This document shows positions 1-8,632 of a stretch of DNA of 43,069 nt, in pieces. This stretch comes from an uncultured Muribaculaceae bacterium. GTDB taxonomy: Bacteria > Bacillota_I > Bacilli_A > RF39 > UBA660. How positions within the stretch are numbered: the first letter of the stretch is position 1; every line of letters begins with the position of its first letter. Under the pieces are notes generated by a model, which had not been told where the DNA came from, did no database searches, and worked only from the letters and a program-made list of their open reading frames with translations. A program made the translations under genes and the position numbers. The DNA lies in assembly GCA_964371705.1 (NCBI GenBank), contig CAYJNH010000002.1, forward strand, positions 1 to 43,069, written 5' to 3'.

Positions 1-166
1 TAACTGACGTATTATAGGGCAAATCACCCATATTAAGTTCAGTTATCTTTATAACTCCTGTTTCATCTTCAAAAAATAAAGATGCTGCATTTACTTTGTC
101 ACTACCAATTAACATAAATGTAAATACAGTAATTAAAAGTAAATTAGTTTTTAAAAATTTATTCAT
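1..166 (-). CDS. secreted protein, N-terminal part only (gene runs off the left edge)
   Basis: ATG at 166-164 with GGAGGA at 177-172 and a 5-nt spacer. My translation is MNKFLKTNLLLITVFTFMLIGSDKVNA/ASLFFEDETG..., a typical signal peptide with a VNA-A cleavage-like site. It is missing from the ORF track because it is short and truncated. Confidence 0.45.
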   Translation of the reverse strand, partial: MNKFLKTNLLLITVFTFMLIGSDKVNAASLFFEDETGVIKITELNMGDLPYNTSV

Positions 167-184
167 AATATTCCTCCGATGCTT

Positions 185-213
185 ATTATACATCTGTAAT
201 TTGATTTATACAA
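185..213 (-). promoter_or_regulatory. sigma-A-type promoter for the left-edge secreted-protein gene
   Basis: On the minus strand: TTGTAT (213-208), 17-nt spacer, TATAAT (190-185) with TG immediately upstream (TGTATAAT). Confidence 0.35.
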
Positions 214-505
214 TAATTTTTTTAGTAAGTTTCCTTTTTAATGAAAATAGGAACTTAATCGTGGAAATGTATTTTTGGAAGTTTTCTCTACTTTTTAAAA
301 GTGATTTTTTTGAAGGAACCATTGGAAACAATATATTTCCTCCTGATTTCTTGAATACTTCTTTTTCATAAAAAAAATATTGTCTCACTGGCAAAATAAT
401 TTAATACTTATTTTGTATTGTTTTATAAAAAAGTATATTTACGACTTTATATAGAATTTACTGGGACTAATATTTTATCTATTATTAAACTCTCACGAAA
501 AGATT

Positions 506-1657
506 CTACATTTTTTTATTTTCATTTTGTTGTTTTAAATCACATATTTTTTCATAACAATCATAAAATTGTACTTTTTGTAATTCGTAGTCATTTGTTT
601 CAACAGCAGAATTAAACATCATTTTTAAAGTATCCTGCAACATGTAGTTACTTTCTCTTTTGTATTCGTAATTGTCATTAAAGTCCTCTAATTTTAAAGT
701 GTTGCCTTTGTTATATTCCCAATTATCAAACATGAAATTGTATTCCAAGTCTAATCTTATTTTGTTCATCTTTATATCTGAAATACTAATATTTCCTTTT
801 AGATATTCTCTAACAGACTCTTTCACTATATTTTTACATTTTTCTTCAAAAACAAATAATTCATCGGGTGTTAAATTAAGATTATCGAATTCAACTCCAC
901 TATCATGTAAATTATTTAATTGTTTTTCGTTATAAGATCTTAAAATATCTCTTCTATATATCTCAAAATTTGGAATTACTCTTTCTAAACTTTTAAAAGT
1001 TCGGGTGTTCATTATTAAACAAAATTGTTCACTATATAGTTTTTCTTCATCCGTATATTCTTCGCTCCAATTGGGTATATATGGAGTTTTTAAAAATCCT
1101 AAATATTTAGTAAGACTATTTATATCTTTACATGATGTGAAATTTATTTCTTTTTTATCTCCTACAACAAAATCGATGAATGTAAAACCTCCATCAATTA
1201 CGGAATTATCATAAAAAATATTTTTCCCTTTTAATTCTATACCCATGTTAAATAATCTACATATGTCCGATATAGCTTTATCAATGTGAAAATCTGGCAT
1301 GGAAACAAATTCATTCATCAAGTCATATTGAGTTTTAATATCATTTTTGTAGTATGAATATTCATTCAAATTTATTCCTTTTGCTTTTTCTTGTAATACT
1401 AAACAATAATTATATTCTCTAACTTCAACTCTATGTATAGCATGATGTTTTGGAGTTTTTATTCCCTGGGCATTTTTAAAATTTACTGCTTGCATAACTT
1501 TTTCAGCAGATTCCCTTGCTAGGCCATATTTGTTTGGCGAACCATACTTAACCAATATTAAATCTTTATCGACTAAAAATGCTGGACTACCACCATTACT
1601 TATATTTTCAATTTCCTTACCTTGATATTGTTTAATATATTCTTCTATAGTTTTCAT
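506..1657 (-). CDS. hypothetical protein with a possible protein-kinase-like / aminoglycoside-phosphotransferase-like fold
   Basis: ORF-track frame 506..1678, trimmed to ATG 1657 because AGGAG (1667-1663) lies 5 nt upstream. Segments KGKNIFYDN and GGFTFIDF resemble the catalytic-loop and DFG-like segments of APH/choline-kinase-type enzymes. The product call is tentative. Confidence 0.55.
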   Translation of the reverse strand: MKTIEEYIKQYQGKEIENISNGGSPAFLVDKDLILVKYGSPNKYGLARESAEKVMQAVNFKNAQGIKTPKHHAIHRVEVREYNYCLVLQEKAKGINLNEYSYYKNDIKTQYDLMNEFVSMPDFHIDKAISDICRLFNMGIELKGKNIFYDNSVIDGGFTFIDFVVGDKKEINFTSCKDINSLTKYLGFLKTPYIPNWSEEYTDEEKLYSEQFCLIMNTRTFKSLERVIPNFEIYRRDILRSYNEKQLNNLHDSGVEFDNLNLTPDELFVFEEKCKNIVKESVREYLKGNISISDIKMNKIRLDLEYNFMFDNWEYNKGNTLKLEDFNDNYEYKRESNYMLQDTLKMMFNSAVETNDYELQKVQFYDCYEKICDLKQQNENKKM

Positions 1658-1827
1658 TTTAACTCCTTTTTCAATCATTTCGATTATTTTTTCTGATTAT
1701 TAAAAATTTTAATAATTTTTTATCTTTAAAGCCTTTTTAAAATTTTGATATTATTTTCATATCAGCTAGAGTTCTGTCTTGTGATAAATTAAAATCTTCA
1801 TAAGACATTTTTATTATTTTCTTTTAC

Positions 1828-2391
1828 TTATTTTGCTCGTAAAATAAAATCTATTACTACTTTATTAAATTCATGTGATGGATCCATATTTACAAGATGC
1901 CCTGCATTTTTAAAAACTATTACTTCGCTGTCAGGTTCTAAATTATCCCACATTTCAATTGCTTTTAATGCCATTGGAATATCTTTGTATCCACACCCGA
2001 TTAATACTGGATATTCCCTTTTTGTAGTATGTTTATTTACCATATTATTTAATCTAGCAAAATACACAAATGATTTTTTAGGAAACTTAATGTTCATTTG
2101 ATAGAATTCTTCTTGTGCTTGTGGTGTATAGGCTGAAATTAGTTTGTTACTTTGTGCAAACCATTTAATAGAAAACAAAGCCTTTAACATCATTAATCCT
2201 TGTACTTTTCAGTTTTCTTTTTGTATAGCTAAATCGAAATTATTTATATCATAGCCACCGAAACAAGAAATAGAAGATAACTTTTCTGGATACTTGTTTG
2301 CAAAATTTTGAATAAGTACTGCGCCAATTGATACTCCAACAAGGAAAATGTTTTGTAAAATTAATTGTAAATCACTTTTCCCATATTTTTC
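1828..2391 (-). pseudogene. alpha/beta-hydrolase remnant, N-terminally truncated with an in-frame TGA
   Basis: One reading frame is open from 2391 down to the TAA at 1828-1830 except for an in-frame TGA at 2211-2209. It reads EKYGKSDLQLILQNIFLVGVSIGAV...AIQKEN*KVQGLMMLKALF...GCGYKDIP...NAGHLVNMD. The nucleophile elbow G-V-S-I-G, the Asp and the His are present. The roughly 60-90 residues that normally precede the nucleophile are absent because a TAA at 2394-2392 closes the frame. Confidence 0.7.
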
Positions 2392-2617
2392 TTATTAATT
2401 TTAACGATAATGTTGACAGCGTAAAACCAATAACTGGGACTAAAGAACTTAAAAAAATATTGTTATTTTTATTTATTAAATAAGAATAACTAACAACCAC
2501 TATGTATGTTAAAATCATTATACTTATTCTTCTTGTTAAACTTGTTTCCCATGATTTATTTAATTCAACTTGTTTATTTCTTTCTTCTATTTTTTTTATT
2601 TTATTTTCTAAATTCAT
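2372..2617 (-). CDS. small membrane protein (charged N-terminus plus 2 predicted TM segments)
   Basis: ORF-track frame 2372..2626, trimmed to ATG 2617 because AAGGA (2630-2626) is then 8 nt upstream. Hydrophobic stretches are ISIMILTYIVVVSYSYLI and LSSLVPVIGFTLSTLSL. It ends in TGA. Confidence 0.5.
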   Translation of the reverse strand: MNLENKIKKIEERNKQVELNKSWETSLTRRISIMILTYIVVVSYSYLINKNNNIFLSSLVPVIGFTLSTLSLKLIRKIWEK

Positions 2618-2672
2618 ATTTATCATCCTTTTCTTTTTTTAACTTATTGTTTTATTTTTGTAATATATGTGA

Positions 2673-3575
2673 TTATTTAGTTTCTTTCTTTATTAAGTTA
2701 TTAATTAATCCTTGTTCCATATTAATTTTTGTTGGAATTATATATTTTGCATTTATTTTATTTGATATAACATTTGTAATTACTTTCATTGCTCTAGACC
2801 CGTCAAACCATAACGGATTATCACTATTGTTTCTTATTTGATCAAGTGATGTTACTAATGCATCTTTATCATATTTATCACTCATATCTTTAGTTAACAT
2901 ATATTTCTGATTTTCAGAAATATATATATCATTTTTCAACAAATTATACTTTGCATTATTATACCAATATAGATGATCCCCTCCTGCTAATATCAATACA
3001 TCGCTGTTAAGGTTTATATCTCCTATTAAATCAGCAACATAATTACTAACTTCATCAAAAGTACATTTAGGAATGTCTTCTTTTAATGTATTAAACTTTC
3101 TAGTTATATCTACTACACCAAAATCAAAATGCGTCTCTTTAATTATTTTGTTATCTTTTACAAATATTAATTCAGTAGAACCGCCACCGCCTATAAATAT
3201 ACATAAATTTTCTTTATAATCTAAATTTGCATAGCAACCTAATGCTGTAAATTTTGCTTCATCTTCTTGTGTAATTACTTCTATAGTAAGATTATACTTT
3301 TTCAGAATTTCTTTATTTATTTCATCTAATTCTTCACTTGTAATATTTCTAAATATGCTACATCCATATAGTTTAACATTCTTTGTAACATTAATTGCTT
3401 TTTCTATCACACCACACAATTTATTTAAATCACTTTGCTCTATTTTATTTTTTTTATAATAATTATTTTTAAATTCTATTGTGCAGTTATTACTTTTTTC
3501 TAATTTATTTAAATTATATATGTTTGTTTTAGTATTTGTACTACCAATTTCTATTATTGCTACTTTATCGTTCAT
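2673..3575 (-). CDS. Ppx/GppA-family phosphatase (ASKHA fold)
   Basis: VAIIEIGSTNTK corresponds to the D/E-x-GS-N/T-S/T phosphate-1 motif. ITQEDEAKF and IFIGGGGSTEL correspond to the DxGGGSxE motif. The 300-aa length fits two-domain Ppx/GppA enzymes. Confidence 0.8.
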   Translation of the reverse strand: MNDKVAIIEIGSTNTKTNIYNLNKLEKSNNCTIEFKNNYYKKNKIEQSDLNKLCGVIEKAINVTKNVKLYGCSIFRNITSEELDEINKEILKKYNLTIEVITQEDEAKFTALGCYANLDYKENLCIFIGGGGSTELIFVKDNKIIKETHFDFGVVDITRKFNTLKEDIPKCTFDEVSNYVADLIGDINLNSDVLILAGGDHLYWYNNAKYNLLKNDIYISENQKYMLTKDMSDKYDKDALVTSLDQIRNNSDNPLWFDGSRAMKVITNVISNKINAKYIIPTKINMEQGLINNLIKKETK

Positions 3576-3622
3576 AATTATCCTTCTTTTCTTATTAAAT
3601 GCTTTTAATTATTTTTCATTGT

Positions 3623-3937
3623 TTATGTTTGCTTTGTATTAGCTTTTATTCTTTTGAATTCTGATGACTTATTAAGTTCTTTATTTTTTTCTATATTTAA
3701 AAGTAGTGTACCAATTGCTTCTTTATTCCACAAAGCTTTTAATACAGGCACTGAAATGTGGCCATAAATTTTTGATCCAATATATTCTTCAAGATTCAAC
3801 TTTTTTGCTTGAATACCGTTGTTTCCGCTTATTATACATTCTTGAAAAATACTTTGATGTTCTTCAAAAAAAAGCTCTGTTTGATGTCTGTTTAATTCCA
3901 AACATGCAATTACCTCATTTTTATTAAGTTCATCCAC
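3623..3937 (-). CDS. hypothetical protein (104 aa)
   Basis: GTG start at 3937 with GGAGGGG 5 nt upstream. The start overlaps the TAG of the preceding mini-ORF by 1 nt. I recognise no motif. Confidence 0.5.
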   Translation of the reverse strand: MDELNKNEVIACLELNRHQTELFFEEHQSIFQECIISGNNGIQAKKLNLEEYIGSKIYGHISVPVLKALWNKEAIGTLLLNIEKNKELNKSSEFKRIKANTKQT

Positions 3938-4050
3938 TACACCCCTCCATATTGTTCTAAATCATTAAATGTAATAGCAGTTTGATCTGTATTATTTAAT
4001 AAAAAGTCAGGTGCTCCTCCTACTATATCTTCTAAATAAATTCTTATCAT
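3937..4050 (-). CDS. mini-ORF (37 aa), translationally coupled to the 104-aa ORF
   Basis: ATG 4050 with AAAGGAGAA upstream. My translation is MIRIYLEDIVGGAPDFLLNNTDQTAITFNDLEQYGGV. The TAG stop at 3939-3937 shares one nucleotide with the GTG of the next ORF. It is below the ORF-track length cut-off. Confidence 0.35.
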   Translation of the reverse strand: MIRIYLEDIVGGAPDFLLNNTDQTAITFNDLEQYGGV

Positions 4051-4071
4051 AGATTCTCCTTTATATACTTA

Positions 4072-4596
4072 TTACAAGTTGTCTAGTTCGCTTATCATTG
4101 TGTCATAATGACTATCTACTCTATTGGTGATGTCGATATTTAACTCTTTAGCGATATCTAATAACTTTTTTTCATAATCAATATTATCTTCTTCATCAAT
4201 TAACATTTCAATTTCAATAAAAGTACCTAACTTTTCTACCTCATCAATACAAATATTACAATTTTTATATTTGGCATGTTTTCTAACTTTATTTACTTCT
4301 ACCCATTTTTGATATCCTAATGCTTCAAGAAAATCATTTGCTTTTTTATATGAATTTACTTCAAATTCTATTTCTTTTGATTCCATTTTTTTAGAACTTT
4401 GTTTTTTTAGATTTAATTCAACTACACCGTTTGTGTCTCTAACTCTTAACCAAACTGATCCTTCAGTGCTTTTTACATTATTTAAATCTAATACATATAC
4501 TGTATCTTTTTGATTTAGTGGTTCACTAATTTCTTGCAGCATATTTATAACATCGGCTACACTATTAACTTTAAATTTCAATTCTATTTCTCTCAT
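4072..4596 (-). CDS. CYTH-domain protein (CyaB-like class IV adenylyl cyclase / triphosphate tunnel metalloenzyme)
   Basis: The N-terminal REIELKFKV carries the ExExK signature of CYTH domains. The 174-aa size is typical of stand-alone CYTH proteins. A GGAGGAAC RBS is present. Confidence 0.8.
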   Translation of the reverse strand: MREIELKFKVNSVADVINMLQEISEPLNQKDTVYVLDLNNVKSTEGSVWLRVRDTNGVVELNLKKQSSKKMESKEIEFEVNSYKKANDFLEALGYQKWVEVNKVRKHAKYKNCNICIDEVEKLGTFIEIEMLIDEEDNIDYEKKLLDIAKELNIDITNRVDSHYDTMISELDNL

Positions 4597-4619
4597 TTGT
4601 TCCTCCGTTATTTTTTCTT

Positions 4620-5198
4620 TTATGGTTTTATTTGATTACTAAAATGCAAATAACAATCTGGAGTATGATCATTAACCATTCCAGTTGCTTGCATGAAAGC
4701 ATATACTGTTGTTGGCCCTAAAAATTTAAAACCATATTTTTTTAAATCTTTACTTATTTTTTCTGATATTTCAGTTGTAGCTACGGTTTCATTATTAATT
4801 GATCTTTGACCTATAATAGGTGTATTGTTAACATAACTCCATATAAAATTATCAAAACTGCCATACTGTTTTTGTATATTTAAAAATAATTTTGCATTAT
4901 TAATAGCAGCTAAAATTTTTCCTTTATGGCGAATAATTTTTTCATTATTTAGTAACTCTTCTATTTTATCTTCATTGTAATTAGCAACTATTTTAGGTAT
5001 AAAGTTATCAAAGGCTATTAAAAATGCTTCTCTTTTTTTTAGTATAGTAATCCAAGATATACCTGCTTGAAAGGCTTCTAATGTCAGCATTTCAAATAAT
5101 TTGTTATCATCATGCGTTTCTTTTCCCCATTCATTATCATGATAATCTTGATATATTTGAGAACCATCTAACCAAAAACATCTTTTTTTATCGTTCAT
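4620..5198 (-). CDS. tag: DNA-3-methyladenine glycosylase I
   Basis: CFWLDGSQIYQDYHDNEWG...LTLEAFQAGISW is a typical Tag N-terminus with HhH-GPD-like core segments. Length 192 aa. Confidence 0.9.
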   Translation of the reverse strand: MNDKKRCFWLDGSQIYQDYHDNEWGKETHDDNKLFEMLTLEAFQAGISWITILKKREAFLIAFDNFIPKIVANYNEDKIEELLNNEKIIRHKGKILAAINNAKLFLNIQKQYGSFDNFIWSYVNNTPIIGQRSINNETVATTEISEKISKDLKKYGFKFLGPTTVYAFMQATGMVNDHTPDCYLHFSNQIKP

Positions 5199-5286
5199 AT
5201 CTTTCTCCTCTTTTATTTTGTTAATGCTTAACCTTATTACTTACTCACATTATATCATTTTTAATTCTTAGTACCAATGTTTTTTA

Positions 5287-6225
5287 TTAAAATAATGACA
5301 TTTGCGCTTTTTTCACACTTTTAGTCTCTCTATTAGTTATAATAGCGTTTTGAGGTACATCACCTATTAATGAAGGTGAATTAGGATTGTGATTTTTTAT
5401 GTTTTCTAATGAACTTTTTTCGCTTTTTAATGCATAACAATAATTACAACCATTATTACAACAGTTGTAAGTTCCAATTTCAATACTCTCTACACATCTA
5501 CATTCTTCTCTTTGGTTTTTATCTATTTTTACATCTATTTGTATATTAAGTATTTCTTCAATTAATTCTTTGTCTATACATGCACTTTTATTAATGTCAT
5601 ATATAGTTAAATCCACTGCTTCACTGCAAGTATATAATTTCATGTTATTTTCTGAAGCTATTTTAGAAAACTTTTCTGCTAATATATGTATCTTATCAAT
5701 TGTTAATGAATTAGCTGGATTGCCACCCATTCTTCGTGTAACATTTTTATAATCATCTACAAAACTGATAATACATCTATTTGTATATCCTTTTAATTTA
5801 TTAGCCATATATTTAAATAGTTTTTCGTGATATTCAATAGTAAATTTATCGTTAATAATAATTGGATCATATCTCCATACCATTTTGATATTTCCTATTT
5901 TATTACTTAAATATATAAAAGATTCTAGCAATTCTTTTTTACTTGGTAAATTTTTTTCAACGCTTTTATCATAAGGAGTTATAGTAAACTGAAAATAATA
6001 AATATATCCCATTTTACCTATTTCATCCAAATATTTATAGAAAGGTATTGGATTTTTGGTCCAAAAAACTATAATATCAACAGCTTCTTTTGTTAATATA
6101 GCTTTTGAATATCTTTCTGGATTATATGGATTTTGTATTAAAACATATCCATCCTTTAATCTATTTAAAAACCACTGTCCATACTGTGCTGGAATATCAG
6201 TTCTTCTTGTAGCGCTAATTATCAT
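5287..6225 (-). CDS. DUF1848-family protein (Cys-rich; found with DNA-repair genes)
   Basis: MIISATRRTDIPAQYGQWF is the characteristic DUF1848 N-terminus as I recall it. The C-terminal half has the cysteine cluster CRCVESIEIGTYNCCNNGCNYCYA. An ATGA overlap links it to ogt. Confidence 0.7.
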   Translation of the reverse strand: MIISATRRTDIPAQYGQWFLNRLKDGYVLIQNPYNPERYSKAILTKEAVDIIVFWTKNPIPFYKYLDEIGKMGYIYYFQFTITPYDKSVEKNLPSKKELLESFIYLSNKIGNIKMVWRYDPIIINDKFTIEYHEKLFKYMANKLKGYTNRCIISFVDDYKNVTRRMGGNPANSLTIDKIHILAEKFSKIASENNMKLYTCSEAVDLTIYDINKSACIDKELIEEILNIQIDVKIDKNQREECRCVESIEIGTYNCCNNGCNYCYALKSEKSSLENIKNHNPNSPSLIGDVPQNAIITNRETKSVKKAQMSLF

Positions 6226-6686
6226 TTGCTTTCTTTTTCCATTTTTAACAGAACTTCCTTCATATCTAAACCGCCTGCGTAGCCTACTAATTTGTTGTTT
6301 GATCCGATAACTCTATGACATGGAACTGCTATTGTTATAGGATTTTTGTTATTAGCCATACCTACAGCTCTACTTGCTTTTTCATTGCCTACTATAGTAG
6401 CTATTTCCTTATATGTTCTAGTTTCACCATATGGAATTGTGCATAAAGCTTTCCAAACTTTCATTTGAAATTCAGTACCACTTAATTTATATTTAAAATC
6501 GAATGTTTTTCTTTCTCCTTTGAAATACTGATTTAATTGGTTTATAACTTCATTTGTAAATTTTGTTTTTTCACCATAATCTTTAGGGTCTTCTTTTAAT
6601 TTTTTTAAGTATACTACATTATCTTCTTCATATGATACTTTAATCAAACCAAAATTTGTTTTATATACTGCATAACCTTTCATCAT
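6222..6686 (-). CDS. ogt: methylated-DNA--protein-cysteine methyltransferase
   Basis: Active-site PCHRV motif (VPCHRVIGSN) and the upstream YGETRTYKEIA helix. An ATGA overlap links it to adaA. Confidence 0.92.
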   Translation of the reverse strand: MMKGYAVYKTNFGLIKVSYEEDNVVYLKKLKEDPKDYGEKTKFTNEVINQLNQYFKGERKTFDFKYKLSGTEFQMKVWKALCTIPYGETRTYKEIATIVGNEKASRAVGMANNKNPITIAVPCHRVIGSNNKLVGYAGGLDMKEVLLKMEKESK

Positions 6687-7237
6687 TTCGCCTTTTTGTT
6701 TTCCTTTCTATATTTTGTTGGTGTTAAATTACAACTATCTTTAAACGTTTTATAAAAAGCTGAACTACTCCCAAATCCAACTGAGTATACTATGTTTATT
6801 ATACTGTCTTCAGTTTCTATTAATAGTTTTTTTGACTGTTCTAATCTTATATTATTTAAATATTGATTTGGTGTAATTTCATATTCTTTTTGAAATATTT
6901 CCACCACTCTTTTTTTAGATATCCCTAATTTATTTATAGTATTATCTAATAGTTCGTATTCAGTATAATTATTTTCAATTTTTAATTTCAGCATCTTTGC
7001 TAGCTCTTTCATAGGTTTATATTCTATCAAATCGCTTCGGCATCTTTTACATGGTCTATAGCCTTTTTTTATAGCTGAATCAGAATTATCAAAAAATTCT
7101 ACATTTTCTTTATTAGGTAACTTTGATTTACAAGATGGTTTACAATATATACCAGTTGTTTTTACTGCATAAAAAAATGCTGAATCGTAGTTTTCATCAT
7201 TATTTTTTATTATTTTATATTTTTCTTCAAAATTCAT
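6683..7237 (-). CDS. adaA: Ada-type methylphosphotriester-DNA methyltransferase / AraC-family regulator
   Basis: FFYAVKTTGIYCKPSCKSK...RPCKRCRSD is the Ada Zn/Cys4 N-terminal domain and closely resembles B. subtilis AdaA. The C-terminal AraC-type HTH is IVYSVGFGSSSAFYKTFK. Confidence 0.88.
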   Translation of the reverse strand: MNFEEKYKIIKNNDENYDSAFFYAVKTTGIYCKPSCKSKLPNKENVEFFDNSDSAIKKGYRPCKRCRSDLIEYKPMKELAKMLKLKIENNYTEYELLDNTINKLGISKKRVVEIFQKEYEITPNQYLNNIRLEQSKKLLIETEDSIINIVYSVGFGSSSAFYKTFKDSCNLTPTKYRKENKKAK

Positions 7238-7238
7238 A

Positions 7239-7937
7239 TTATACTTTCTTTCTTTTTAATTTATTTAACTCTTCCTTTGTTATTTTATCTACACGAAATG
7301 ATTCTCTGATTTTTTGAATTGCTTTGTTAAACGTAAAATCATCTAGGTTATTATTTAATAAATATTTATGTGTTTGCTTCGGAAATTTAACATAGCATAT
7401 TGATAAACACCATGCTACTGCCATTTTTACATAATATTCTTCATTTTTAATAGTGTCACATACATGCAATATATCATCTATGTACTCTTTTTTTATAAAA
7501 TGAAATAACATTAATACTACTGCAAATCTAATTTCATATTCTTTATTAGAAGTATAGTATTTTTCTAAAAATTCCCATACTCTCTTATCGTAATTTCTAA
7601 CTATTTTCAGTTCACTACAAAAACTATCACAAATGGACCAATTTGATATTTTAGGAATAAATAATTCGACTTGTTTTAAAACTATTTCAATATCTTCTTT
7701 TAAATTTCCTATTATAAATCCTTTTAACATAGTTTCTTCAAAATATATATCATTTGCATTATTTAAATATTCTATTTCATCATTTTTAACCATTTTTTTA
7801 GCTATTTTTCTTATCTCAGGAATTCTAACTCCTATCAAATTATTAATTCCTGGTATTAATGATGAAGCAAATACTTTATATTTTTCTTCACTTAATGCTA
7901 TTAACTCTTTTCGCACTTCTTTTTCTTTACTAATCAT
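7239..7937 (-). CDS. DNA alkylation repair protein (AlkD/AlkC-like HEAT-repeat glycosylase family)
   Basis: The repeat helical pattern and segments such as ISNWSICDSF, EIRFAVVLML and VKMAVAWCLS fit the alkylation-repair HEAT family. The gene is adjacent to adaA-ogt. Confidence 0.72.
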   Translation of the reverse strand: MISKEKEVRKELIALSEEKYKVFASSLIPGINNLIGVRIPEIRKIAKKMVKNDEIEYLNNANDIYFEETMLKGFIIGNLKEDIEIVLKQVELFIPKISNWSICDSFCSELKIVRNYDKRVWEFLEKYYTSNKEYEIRFAVVLMLFHFIKKEYIDDILHVCDTIKNEEYYVKMAVAWCLSICYVKFPKQTHKYLLNNNLDDFTFNKAIQKIRESFRVDKITKEELNKLKRKKV

Positions 7938-7998
7938 GTTACCACCTAACTATTATTATATACTTTTTAAAATATCTTTTCTTCCTGTATATTCACAT

Positions 7999-8556
7999 TT
8001 AATTTTTTATTCTTTTATGAATATCTGTTAAATACTCATTTCCTGATAATTCTATTTTGACTGATGGCTTTTGATCTTCAGAATTCATTTTATAGTACAT
8101 TTTTACTATGTTATCTTCACAGTTTTTATCTATAAATTTTTGTTTATTTCCTCTGTTATGTAGCCTTTTTTTAATTAAATCATTATCATTTATATCAAAA
8201 TATACTAAACAATATGGAATTTTTAATTCAATAATATAATTAACTATATCTGGTGATGGAGTTATAAGCAATTTTTTACCTGCATTAAGATTTTCTAAAA
8301 TTACATTCTTAATATAGTTCAGTGCTGCTTTTTTTCTTTCTATAGTTTCTGGTAAAGTATTGTCACCACCCTTTAATTTTTCATGTTCTTCCACTGAAAA
8401 ATCAACTGGTCTATTATGAGTATAATTAGATCTTATTCTATCAATATCTACGTATTCATCACTATATGATGTAAGAAAAGTCTTGCCTGCACCTGGAACA
8501 CATGCAAATACTTTGATGTCTGTAAGTTTTATATTGTCATTAAATATTATTTTCAT
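7999..8556 (-). CDS. P-loop NTPase / small kinase-like protein
   Basis: Walker A motif CVPGAGKT near the N-terminus. The 185-aa size is typical of nucleoside/nucleotide-kinase-like proteins. No further assignment is possible. Confidence 0.55.
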   Translation of the reverse strand: MKIIFNDNIKLTDIKVFACVPGAGKTFLTSYSDEYVDIDRIRSNYTHNRPVDFSVEEHEKLKGGDNTLPETIERKKAALNYIKNVILENLNAGKKLLITPSPDIVNYIIELKIPYCLVYFDINDNDLIKKRLHNRGNKQKFIDKNCEDNIVKMYYKMNSEDQKPSVKIELSGNEYLTDIHKRIKN

Positions 8557-8632
8557 ATATCTCCTTTTTTATAATATTTTATCATATTAAAAAAAATAAA
8601 AATACTCTATTATGAATATTTTATTATATTTA

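Noticed and set aside
96-394. Track ORFs 96-371 (+) and 206-394 (-, TTG start).
   Set aside because: The plus-strand ORF overlaps the start of the left-edge secreted-protein gene and its promoter, and it has no RBS. The full 62-aa minus-strand version also has no RBS. Only the shorter TTG-331 version has one, and I list that as a low-interest finding.
1737-1808. 23-aa ORF (MSYEDFNLSQDRTLADMKIISKF) in the gap between the hydrolase remnant and the kinase-like gene.
   Set aside because: It has no RBS and no recognisable peptide class, and it is probably chance. The 149-nt gap also showed no convincing hairpin terminator.
2209-2211. The idea that the in-frame TGA in the hydrolase means TGA encodes Trp (Mollicutes-type code 4).
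   Set aside because: Conserved genes such as tgt, glyA, ruvB and queA are full length under the standard code and use TGG for Trp, for example in tgt HLWLRP. TGA also terminates rimM, adaA, ogt and the NUDIX gene at normal protein lengths within ATGA overlaps.
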